Below the pieces are notes generated by a model, which had not been told where the DNA came from, did not search any database, and worked only from the letters and a program-made list of their open reading frames with translations. From a bacterium (GTDB taxonomy: Bacteria; RUG730), in contig JAVBNQ010000003.1 of the NCBI GenBank assembly GCA_031551405.1, forward strand, positions 62,001 through 126,000: DNA of 64,000 nucleotides. Direction: 5' to 3'. The translations under genes and the position numbers were made by a program. Below are positions 40,005 through 48,850 of the stretch, in pieces. Every line of letters begins with the position of its first letter. Position 1 is the first letter of the stretch.

Positions 40005-40690
40005 TGCGTTTAGTTTTCATTCAAAATTGGCAAAATGAGCTTGGAAAAAGTTTAATAAATAATTTTTTACGAAATAGCCAAAACAAAATTATTTTAGCTG
40101 ACGAAAACAAGAAAGTTTACAACGATTTTGGCGACGAAAAAAATATTGAAATTTTGCAAGACTTGGATTCTGTAAAAAATTTTTTTCAAGATCAAGATGA
40201 AAATATTTTTATTTTTAATACGAAATTTATAAATGAACTTGAAAATGCTGACGAAAATTATATTTCGGAATTAAATTTTGAATTGCAGAGAACATTTGAA
40301 ACTGTAAAAATTTTGTGCAAAAATTTATTAGACGCAAACAGAAAAGGTAAATTTATATTTCTGACTGTTAATCCGACCTTAAATTTAGCGATTGATTTTC
40401 CGATTGCTCCAATTCATGACGAAGCCATTCACTCTTTCATCAAAACTTTGGCAAAAGAAATGTCTGCATTAGATTTTACGTTTAATGCGATTTGTTTGGA
40501 GCCGATTTTTGAGATGCTTACTCGCGATCAAATCAAATCTTACCGTCGTAAAATGCAAATTTACGCAACTAGAAAAAATCCTGTTTCGTTTGATGAACTT
40601 TTTAATTTCATAGAATATGTTAGTTTGAGCACTACAAATATTTTGTCCGGGGCGATTTTTTATATCGGAAGTGGGATGTCAGAAAATTAA
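40004..40690 (+). CDS. Degenerate SDR/FabG-like protein (pseudo-ketoreductase)
   Basis: SDR-like C-half (GKFIFL, AIHSFIKTLAKEM..FNAIC, LSGAIFYIGSG) but no GxxxGxG or YxxxK; TAATG overlap with the ACP gene. Confidence 0.6.
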   Translation: MRLVFIQNWQNELGKSLINNFLRNSQNKIILADENKKVYNDFGDEKNIEILQDLDSVKNFFQDQDENIFIFNTKFINELENADENYISELNFELQRTFETVKILCKNLLDANRKGKFIFLTVNPTLNLAIDFPIAPIHDEAIHSFIKTLAKEMSALDFTFNAICLEPIFEMLTRDQIKSYRRKMQIYATRKNPVSFDELFNFIEYVSLSTTNILSGAIFYIGSGMSEN

Positions 40691-40862
40691 CAGGTGTTTA
40701 ATTTAAGCAAAATTTTATTGTTTTTGCGAGCACGAGTTCGTTTTTATGATTAATATTTTCTTAACCACGACAGAAGTCCTCCTAAGATGTTTCTCTTGTG
40801 AAATTTGATTTGAACCTGCCGCGCAAAGGCATACCAGAAATATTTGAAATGATGAGGGAAAC

Positions 40863-41612
40863 ATGGATTTTAGAAATAAAATTGTTGTTTTAACCGGTGG
40901 GACCGGAGGCATTGGGAAAGCTATATGTAAAGAATTTTTGTCCGAAGGCGCAAAAGTAATTTTTATCTATTCTTCAAACGACCTTTCTGCAAAAAATTTA
41001 AAAAATTCTTTGCCCGGAGAGTTACAAAAAAATTTGTTTTTTTATAAGGGTTCAGTCGCAGATTTAGAGTTTGTAAAATACTTTTTTCAAGACTTGGAAT
41101 CTAATTTTCCAAAGCTCGATATTTTGATCAATTGCGCCGGAATTAATATCGATAAACTTTTTTTGGAGATGGAAACGAACGACTGGACGAAAGTTTTAGA
41201 TACGAATTTGCGAGGGACTTTTTTGATGAATTTTTTTGCAAAAAATCTTTTACAAAAAACGGAAGAAAAATCTTATATCGTAAATTTTTCGTCGATTTCC
41301 GGGGTTTTTGGGAGATCAGGTCAAGCAAATTACGCGATGTCAAAAGGCGGAATAATCGGTCTGACAAAACTTTTCGCAAAAAAATATGTAGCTCAAAACA
41401 CCAACGTGAATTGCGTGGCTCCGGGACTCATAAAAACTGAAATGTTAGATAATATGCCGACAGAAAAAATAAACGAAATATTGGATTTTACGATACAAAA
41501 AAAAATGGGTGAGACGATTGATGTAGTAAATCTTGTAAAATTTTTGTGCTCGGGAAAAGCGGATTATATTACCGGAAATTGCTTGCGTTTAGACGGCGGG
41601 TTTTGCAAATGA
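40863..41612 (+). CDS. fabG: 3-oxoacyl-ACP reductase (SDR)
   Basis: TGGTGGIG, LINCAGI, SSISG, GQANYAMSKGG (YxxxK), VAPGLIKT, LDGG. Confidence 0.9.
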   Translation: MDFRNKIVVLTGGTGGIGKAICKEFLSEGAKVIFIYSSNDLSAKNLKNSLPGELQKNLFFYKGSVADLEFVKYFFQDLESNFPKLDILINCAGINIDKLFLEMETNDWTKVLDTNLRGTFLMNFFAKNLLQKTEEKSYIVNFSSISGVFGRSGQANYAMSKGGIIGLTKLFAKKYVAQNTNVNCVAPGLIKTEMLDNMPTEKINEILDFTIQKKMGETIDVVNLVKFLCSGKADYITGNCLRLDGGFCK

Positions 41613-43831
41613 AGTCAGAAAAAAATTTAAATCAAAAAGTTTTGATTACCGGAATGGGACTCATTTGTTCGCTTGGAAAAAACAGAGCGCAAGTTTTGGA
41701 GGCATTGTCAAAAAATAAGTCTGGTCTTGGAAAAATCAAGTCAATAAAAAATTTAGAAAAATTGAGAAGTAATATCGGAGGAGAAGTCAATTTTGGTGAA
41801 GATTTTGAATTTGGAAAAATTGATCCGAATGAAAAATTAGCAAGACTTGCGATCGAGGAGGCGATTCTTGATTCACAGATCGATTTTGAGACTTTTGAAC
41901 GCAAGAGATGCGGATTGATTTATGGAACTTGTGACGGAAATTTGAGGACGATCGAACATTTATATAAAAATTTTGAAAGAAAACACGAAAAACTCACTGA
42001 ACTTTACAGCTCGCTGTACAGTATTTTTAACTTTATAAACGAAAAATATGGCGTTTTTGGCCCTAAATTTATTTTTGTAAATGGTTGTGCTGCGTCAAAC
42101 AGTGCGATAGGTTTTGCTTTCGAAATTTTGAAATTCGGGACTGTAGATTCGTGTATAGTCGCTGGTTCAGATTCTTTGGCGGAAACGACTTTAGCAGGAT
42201 TCAACAGTTTGCAGGCGCTGAGCGAAAATGGAGCCTCGCCTTTTAGCGAAAATGCCGGGATTTCACTTGGCGACGGAGCCGGCGCTTTAATTTTGGAGAC
42301 TGAGGAATCAGCTCTGAAGCGTAATGCCAAAATTTATGCTGAAATACTCGGGTACGATTCAAGTTCCGATGCGTATCATGTCACAAGTCCGGAGCCTACA
42401 GGTGCTGGTTTGAAACAGGCAATGTCACGAGCATTAGAAATTTCAGCGTTGACAAAAAATGATGTGAAAGTGATTTGTGCGCATGGAACAGGCACAGAAG
42501 CAAACGATTTTGCCGAGACAAATGCAATAAAAAAATGTTTTGGTGAAAATGCGAAAAATTTGGAGATTACTTCGACGAAATCTTTTTGCGGGCATACTCT
42601 GGGAGCTTCTGGAATCACGCAGGCTGTCATTATGGTTGATTCTATGCAAAAAAATAAAGTGCCTCCGATATTAAATTTTCAGAAAAATCGAGTCGGCTGC
42701 GATCTAAATTACACAAAAAATATTTCAAAAAATATAAATTACGAGAATTTTATCTCAAATAGTCTGGCTTTTGGTGGTAATAATGTATCGACGATTTTTG
42801 CAAAATACAAAAAAGATCGCGAACAAAAAGAATTTTATCCGACTGAAAAAGATAAAATTGTTGTAACCGGGTTTTCTGCCATTACTCCGGAAATAAAAAA
42901 TAAAGACGATTTTTTTGAAATTTTAAAGCAAAACAAAAAAAATATTCCGTCCGGAAAAATTAAATCGTTTAATAATTTCGAGCTTAGTGCTGGATTCAAA
43001 TCTTTCAGGCGATTTCCGCTGACTTCTCAGCTCGGCATAGAATCCGTGAATCAAGCCTTAATTGACGCGAATTATGCCCTAAAAAATCCGGAAGATTTGG
43101 GGGTTTTGTCTAGTGTTTACAAGGCCGGTTTAAATGTTTTCGAGGAAAATTATTTTAATATTTTGGAGAATGGTTTAGAGTCAGCTTCAGCGATTGATTT
43201 CCCAAATATTGTTTTAAACTCGACTCTTGGTAGTATTTCAAAGGCTTTGAATATTCGAGGTTTTAGTAGTGTGGTTTGGGGAGATTATAGTCCATTTGCT
43301 GCGATTTTTTACGCAGGTTTGCTTTTAAAACGCTCGAGACAAAATATTTTTGCAATCTCAGGCATTGACACGACAAGCCGTTATGATCAAAAAATTTTGG
43401 ATTCATCACAAGTTAAAAATTATGATTTTTGCGAGGGAGCTTCAAGTTTAATTTTGGAGAATTTTAGGCATGCGAAAGAAAGAGACGCCAGAATTTATGC
43501 CGAGCTGTCTGGCTTTGCGATGAACAGTTTTAACGCGGAAAACGTAAAAGATAAAAAAAAATCGTATCTTGATTGTCTAGACAAAAGTTTGGAAATTTCC
43601 GAGCTTTCTCTTGACGAAATAGATTTGCATGTTACAAATTTTAGAGCAGAAAATGTTTTTAAAAATACGATTTCTAGTCAGGATTTTATTGGAAATTTAG
43701 AGACATCTTCATCGCTCTTTGATATTGGTATGGGGATTTTTAATTTTGAGGAAAAACTTATGAAAAATATAATTTTTAGTGCTCAGACTTTGAATGGAAC
43801 AAACTTTAGTTTTGTAATGAAAAAAATATAA
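41609..43831 (+). CDS. Fused beta-ketoacyl synthase: active FabF-like KS plus inactive KS (chain-length-factor-like) domain
   Basis: Domain 1: NGCAAS, DAYHVT, AHGTGT, GHTLGA, SLAFGG. Domain 2 from ~42850 (IVVTGFSAITP, FPNIVLNS, EGASSLILE..A.ERDARIYAELSG) lacks the Cys/His/His triad. ATGA overlap with fabG. Confidence 0.88.
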   Translation: MKSEKNLNQKVLITGMGLICSLGKNRAQVLEALSKNKSGLGKIKSIKNLEKLRSNIGGEVNFGEDFEFGKIDPNEKLARLAIEEAILDSQIDFETFERKRCGLIYGTCDGNLRTIEHLYKNFERKHEKLTELYSSLYSIFNFINEKYGVFGPKFIFVNGCAASNSAIGFAFEILKFGTVDSCIVAGSDSLAETTLAGFNSLQALSENGASPFSENAGISLGDGAGALILETEESALKRNAKIYAEILGYDSSSDAYHVTSPEPTGAGLKQAMSRALEISALTKNDVKVICAHGTGTEANDFAETNAIKKCFGENAKNLEITSTKSFCGHTLGASGITQAVIMVDSMQKNKVPPILNFQKNRVGCDLNYTKNISKNINYENFISNSLAFGGNNVSTIFAKYKKDREQKEFYPTEKDKIVVTGFSAITPEIKNKDDFFEILKQNKKNIPSGKIKSFNNFELSAGFKSFRRFPLTSQLGIESVNQALIDANYALKNPEDLGVLSSVYKAGLNVFEENYFNILENGLESASAIDFPNIVLNSTLGSISKALNIRGFSSVVWGDYSPFAAIFYAGLLLKRSRQNIFAISGIDTTSRYDQKILDSSQVKNYDFCEGASSLILENFRHAKERDARIYAELSGFAMNSFNAENVKDKKKSYLDCLDKSLEISELSLDEIDLHVTNFRAENVFKNTISSQDFIGNLETSSSLFDIGMGIFNFEEKLMKNIIFSAQTLNGTNFSFVMKKI

Positions 43832-43928
43832 AAGAATGTAAGATAAAAAAGATTTTGAAAAAAATTAACATTTAGTGTATTATTACTCATTAAAAATTAA
43901 CAATTTTCAAAAAAACTAGGAAGGATAT

Positions 43929-44837
43929 ATGAATTTTTTTAAAATTTTTATAATTTACTCTATCGTAATACTTAATTTGTCTGCTTTTTTATTTGCTAAT
44001 ACGACTAATAGCGCTGTTTTTTTGCGGATTAATTCATCGGCTAGAACAGCAGCTTTAGGTGGGGTCGGAAATGCGATTTTTGGCGATGTAAGTAATACAG
44101 AGCAGAATCCAGCTAGTTTATTTTGGCTACAAACAAAACAAGTAATGTTTTCTCACAACGAGTGGTTTGAGGGAATTAGATCAGAATATGTAACTTTCGC
44201 ATTGCCTTTAAATTACGAATATACTTATATGTTTGGAGTATCGGTAAAATACTTGTATATGAATGATATGACAAAACGTGACGAACAGGGGAATGATTTG
44301 GGAACTTTTGGAGCAAGTGACAGCGTCTATACTGTAAGCGTAGCCAAGAAAATTTATGACAAAATGGCAATTGGTGTGAATTTGAAATTCATCACTCAAT
44401 CGATAGACGTAGAATCAGGATCTGCTTTTGCCGGAGATCTTGGGTTTTTATACAACACTGAGAGCGCAATTTCTTTTGCATTGGCGATAAGAAATCTTGG
44501 CTCAAAACTAAAAATTTATCAGGAAGAAGCCCCGCTTCCACTGACTTATTCTGTTGGAGCTGCGTATTATGTTCAGGAAACTTTAAATGTTGGAGTTGAC
44601 ATTGACGTAGAGACAAATTGCGATCCGGTTTACAAATTGGGCGGTGAGTATATGATTTCACCGAATTTTGATATTCGAGCCGGATATGTGATCACTACAG
44701 AAGATTATGATAATTTGGGGGTTACGGCTGGTTTCGGCTTTAATCTAAATTACAAACTTTATTTGGATTATGCATATGTTCCATTCGGAGAACTTCAAGA
44801 TACGCACAGAATTAGTTTGAAATATCTCTTCGAATAA
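43929..44837 (+). CDS. PorV/PorQ-like (UPF0164, FadL-type) outer-membrane beta-barrel
   Basis: Signal peptide; FLRINSSARTAALGG, NPASL, DLGFLY, IRNLG, IRAGY, LDYAYVPFGELQDTHRISL. Confidence 0.8.
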   Translation: MNFFKIFIIYSIVILNLSAFLFANTTNSAVFLRINSSARTAALGGVGNAIFGDVSNTEQNPASLFWLQTKQVMFSHNEWFEGIRSEYVTFALPLNYEYTYMFGVSVKYLYMNDMTKRDEQGNDLGTFGASDSVYTVSVAKKIYDKMAIGVNLKFITQSIDVESGSAFAGDLGFLYNTESAISFALAIRNLGSKLKIYQEEAPLPLTYSVGAAYYVQETLNVGVDIDVETNCDPVYKLGGEYMISPNFDIRAGYVITTEDYDNLGVTAGFGFNLNYKLYLDYAYVPFGELQDTHRISLKYLFE

Positions 44838-44896
44838 AACCTTCAAAATTATCTATCCGGATATACTCTACCAAAATCATTTTTATCGAGGAAATT

Positions 44897-45571
44897 ATGT
44901 TCCCAATCTCTATTTTTTTTAACAATTTTTTAATTTATATTTTAGTTTTTTTCGGTATTACTTTATTGCTTTTTTTTATTGCGAGGAATATTTTCGTTTG
45001 GTACTTGAAAATAAATAAAGTTTTAAAGTACCAAAATTTTATTTTAGAAAAGCTGGAAAATCTTGAAAATTCGTTGTCAAATTTATCGAAAGTTCAGACC
45101 AATCTGCAGTCTGCAAATTTTCAGAATTACGAAAATGCAACGTTAGATTCAAAAACTGATGATTGCACTGTCGAAAATATTTTTAAAAACACGAAAAATA
45201 TTATTGTTCATGACGTTGAAATGACAGAAAAAAATGTTTTTAGTTATTTTAGAGCGAAACAATATGCAGTAATTTTGATCGATAAAAGCATTCAAGATTT
45301 TAAGTCGTACAAAAATATTATGCTCGTTCAAGAAAAAATAGATTTAATTTATATCAAGTGTAATTTTGAAAAATTAGCTGAGATTTTGAAAGAATGTTTA
45401 GCTAGAAAAAAGCTCAAAGGCGATGTGAAATATGTTTGGATCGAAAATCAAGTGATTGATCAGAAAAACGGAATTGACAAGATTTTTGAAACTTTTAGCG
45501 AAAATAAAATCGGTGTGATTTTGGGTAAAAATTTGTATTCAGAATATGTAAATTTGGCAATGCAAAAATAG
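44897..45571 (+). CDS. Hypothetical membrane-anchored protein
   Basis: N-terminal TM helix (RNIFVWYLKIN), coiled coil, soluble C-domain. Confidence 0.6.
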   Translation: MFPISIFFNNFLIYILVFFGITLLLFFIARNIFVWYLKINKVLKYQNFILEKLENLENSLSNLSKVQTNLQSANFQNYENATLDSKTDDCTVENIFKNTKNIIVHDVEMTEKNVFSYFRAKQYAVILIDKSIQDFKSYKNIMLVQEKIDLIYIKCNFEKLAEILKECLARKKLKGDVKYVWIENQVIDQKNGIDKIFETFSENKIGVILGKNLYSEYVNLAMQK

Positions 45572-45578
45572 TTTATTT

Positions 45579-46115
45579 ATGAAAAAAAATTCGCACAAGT
45601 TTACATTTTTTTTCTGTCTTGCGATTTTTGTAATTTTAGCTGGGATTTTTTTTGATAAAATTTTGCACTTCGATGAAATAACAAAATATTCTCGAGACTT
45701 TGGCGTTGAAAAGAGTCTTGTGATTTCGTTGATTTGGGAAGAGAGCAAATTCAAAAAAACTGCGATTTCATCAGCCAAAGCCCTTGGTCTTATGCAACTT
45801 ATGCCTCAGACAGCAGCTCATATCTCAAAAAATTTGAAAATCCAAAATTTTAATGAAATGCTTCTTCTTGATTCAGACATTAATATAAGGCTTGGAACGT
45901 ACTACCTCAAGTTTTTGCTTGATCGATATGACGACGATTTAATTTTATCTCTTGCGAGTTATAACGCCGGAATCGGTGTCGTTGACACGTGGATTAGTGA
46001 GATAAAATTGCAGGATAGAAAAAGCGAAATTGCTGACATAAAATACAAAAGTACGCAAGTTTTTGTAAAAAAGGTTTTGAGAAATTATAAGTTTTTGAAG
46101 AGACTAGGAATTTGA
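45579..46115 (+). CDS. Lytic transglycosylase (SLT domain)
   Basis: IWEESKF, ALGLMQLMPQTA, NIRLGTYYL, LASYNAG. Confidence 0.92.
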   Translation: MKKNSHKFTFFFCLAIFVILAGIFFDKILHFDEITKYSRDFGVEKSLVISLIWEESKFKKTAISSAKALGLMQLMPQTAAHISKNLKIQNFNEMLLLDSDINIRLGTYYLKFLLDRYDDDLILSLASYNAGIGVVDTWISEIKLQDRKSEIADIKYKSTQVFVKKVLRNYKFLKRLGI

Positions 46116-46133
46116 GTAAGGGCAGGAATTTCT

Positions 46134-48755
46134 ATGGAAAAAAAATTGACAACCGGCTCGTTAACTCCGCTCGAAAAACAATATTTGCAAGTCAAAAATA
46201 AATATCCTGATTCAATTTTGTTTTTTAGGCTTGGAGATTTTTACGAAATGTTTGGTGAAGACGCAAAAATCGCGTCAGAGATTTTAAATATCACGCTTAC
46301 AGCCAGAAATAATGTGCCGATGTGCGGAATCCCTTACCACAGCTCGCAAAATTATATCTCAAAACTTCTAAATTCCGGACATAAAATCGCTATTTGTGAG
46401 CAGCTCGAAAAGCCTTCCAAATCTATAAAAATCGTAAAACGCGATGTAGTTCGAGTCATTTCTCCCGGAACAATTATCGAAGAAAATCTGCTTTCTGACA
46501 AAGACAATAACTATTTGGTTTGCATTGTTCCAGATATGAAAAATAGAGGGATAGCTTTAAGCGTAATCGATATTTCGACCGGAGATTTTAGTTCTACCTT
46601 TATCAAAAATAATGTTTCGAGTTCTCTGACTATGGAGCTCGCAAAATACTCGCCAAAAGAAGTAATAATTCCAGAAAATTTTTTGAACGACAAAAAATTA
46701 ATCGCAATCGTAAAAAATTTTGAAGTTTCTATTTCGACGATAAAAATTGCTGACTCTGTTAATTTAAATCCTGAACTTACTCGAGATTTCAAGTTTGGTC
46801 AGGATTGTGATTTTGTGCAGACTAGCGTTTTTGGAATTTTGAATTATATTTTTTGCAACTACAAAGAAGCTTTGAATTTCATAAAACCCGTTAGAATTTA
46901 CGAGGTAAATAATTTTTTGCACATAAGCGAAAACTCAATTTCTCACCTCGAGCTCATTCAAAATTTTTTCACAAAATCCAGGAAACATTCGCTTCTTGAC
47001 GTTTTGAATCAGACGAGAACTTCAATGGGCGCGCGGCTTCTCAAAAAATGGCTGCTTGAGCCGTTGCTTGAGGTTGCGGAGATAAAAAAAAGGCAAGATT
47101 TTGTTGAGCTTTTTTATAATAATTTTGATATTTTGCAGAAACTCAGGCAGATTTTGGGAGAAATTAACGATATCGAAAGGACGATTACGAGAATAAATTG
47201 TAACGCGAATATACCGAGAGATTTAATCGCTTTAAAAAAAACATTATCTTTGCTGGAAAGTATCAAAAATTTGCTTTCGGATTTGGATCTCAAAAATACG
47301 CAAATCGAGGAAAAAATTTGCAGCTGCCTTGAGCTCTTATCTGATGAAGCATTGAACAATTTAATGTTTCAAATTGACGCAGCAATTGTTGATAATCCGC
47401 CGAATAATTTAAAAGACGGAAATATTATAAAACCTGGATTTAATGATGAGCTTGATCGACTTAGAAATATTCGCGGCGTCGGGAAAAATATACTTTTGAC
47501 ATACGAAACTGAGGAAAAAGAAAGGCTTAAAATTCCGACTTTGAAAATAAAATTCAACAATGTCGTCGGTTATTTTTTCGAAATAACGAATCTTTACAAG
47601 AAAAATGCTCCTCAAGAATACATTCGTCTGCAAACGCTTTCGAATTGTGAACGTTTTACGACGGAAAGGCTGAAGAAATACGAGATCGATTTACAGGAAG
47701 CAGACCAGGCAGCAATTGATTTAGAGCTAAAAATTTACAACTCGATTCGAGAAAAAATTCGTCAGAATTTAAGAAGTTTGCAGATTTTAGTTGCGATTTT
47801 ATCTGAGCTCGACGTAATTACAAATTTCGCTTTTATCTCAAAAACATATAATTATTCGCGGCCAAATGTATCGGAAAATTACGACATTGTGATAAAAAAT
47901 GGACGACACCCGGTCGTAGAACGCATTTTCTCAGAGATGAGTTTTGTGCCAAACGACACGATTTTTGATAGAGATAAATGCCGTTTTTATTTGATAACAG
48001 GCCCGAATATGGCTGGAAAATCGACGTATATTCGCCAAGTTGGTCTCATCATCATTATGGCGCAAATCGGATGTTTTGTGCCTGCTGACGAAGCTGACGT
48101 CGGCGTTGTCGACAAGATTTTCTCGCGCATAGGTTCCGGCGACAAGCTCGTAAAAGGCGAATCGACTTTTCTTGTTGAGATGAAGGAAACAGTCGAAATC
48201 ATAAAAAATTCGACGGAGCGAAGCCTCGTGATTTTGGACGAAGTGGGGCGTGGAACCTCGACGTTTGACGGAATAAGTCTAGCGTGGACTATAGCTGAGG
48301 AACTAATCGAGCGAGATTGGATGAACAAAATGAAAAATGTCGCAGAAAAAGGACCAAAAACCTTGTTTGCGACGCATTACTTGGAGCTTGCCGAGCTGGA
48401 AAATATTTACGCTGGCGCTAAAAATTTTAGTTTGCTAGTTGACGATAATCACGGTGATGTAGTCTTTTTGCATAAACTTGCGATTGGAAAAAGCAATAAG
48501 AGTTATGGGATTCACGTCGCAAAAATTGCGGGACTTCCCGGACCAATTATTGACAAGGCAAAGCAAAAATTGAAAGAATTAGAAAAAATAACAAAACAAG
48601 AATTTAGAAAAAACGAAGATCAGTTTTCGTTTTTTGAAAATAATAGCGAAATTTTAAACGAGATAAAAAGTTTAAATCTAGATGATTTGGCTCCGACTTC
48701 CGCTTTGTTAAAAATTCAAGATTGGCAAAAATCAATTTGCAATTCTAATAACTAA
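46134..48755 (+). CDS. mutS: DNA mismatch repair protein MutS
   Basis: FRLGDFYEMF, TGPNMAGKST, ESTFLVEM, DEVGRGTS, FATHY, SYGIHVA. Confidence 0.97.
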   Translation: MEKKLTTGSLTPLEKQYLQVKNKYPDSILFFRLGDFYEMFGEDAKIASEILNITLTARNNVPMCGIPYHSSQNYISKLLNSGHKIAICEQLEKPSKSIKIVKRDVVRVISPGTIIEENLLSDKDNNYLVCIVPDMKNRGIALSVIDISTGDFSSTFIKNNVSSSLTMELAKYSPKEVIIPENFLNDKKLIAIVKNFEVSISTIKIADSVNLNPELTRDFKFGQDCDFVQTSVFGILNYIFCNYKEALNFIKPVRIYEVNNFLHISENSISHLELIQNFFTKSRKHSLLDVLNQTRTSMGARLLKKWLLEPLLEVAEIKKRQDFVELFYNNFDILQKLRQILGEINDIERTITRINCNANIPRDLIALKKTLSLLESIKNLLSDLDLKNTQIEEKICSCLELLSDEALNNLMFQIDAAIVDNPPNNLKDGNIIKPGFNDELDRLRNIRGVGKNILLTYETEEKERLKIPTLKIKFNNVVGYFFEITNLYKKNAPQEYIRLQTLSNCERFTTERLKKYEIDLQEADQAAIDLELKIYNSIREKIRQNLRSLQILVAILSELDVITNFAFISKTYNYSRPNVSENYDIVIKNGRHPVVERIFSEMSFVPNDTIFDRDKCRFYLITGPNMAGKSTYIRQVGLIIIMAQIGCFVPADEADVGVVDKIFSRIGSGDKLVKGESTFLVEMKETVEIIKNSTERSLVILDEVGRGTSTFDGISLAWTIAEELIERDWMNKMKNVAEKGPKTLFATHYLELAELENIYAGAKNFSLLVDDNHGDVVFLHKLAIGKSNKSYGIHVAKIAGLPGPIIDKAKQKLKELEKITKQEFRKNEDQFSFFENNSEILNEIKSLNLDDLAPTSALLKIQDWQKSICNSNN

Positions 48756-48850
48756 TTTTGATAATAAAAAAATTGTTTATTTTAAGTTTTCTCATAAAGT
48801 TTAAAATCTTGCTTTTAAAAAGATTTTTTAGATTTTAGAAAGGTAAAAAT

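Noticed and set aside
40780-40862. Resemblance to a TPP riboswitch (TTTGAACCTG...ATACCAG...AGGGAA)
   Set aside because: The CTGAGA motif and the P2/P3 and P5 pairings are missing, and the downstream genes are not thiamine-related; kept only as an unclassified RBS-sequestering stem
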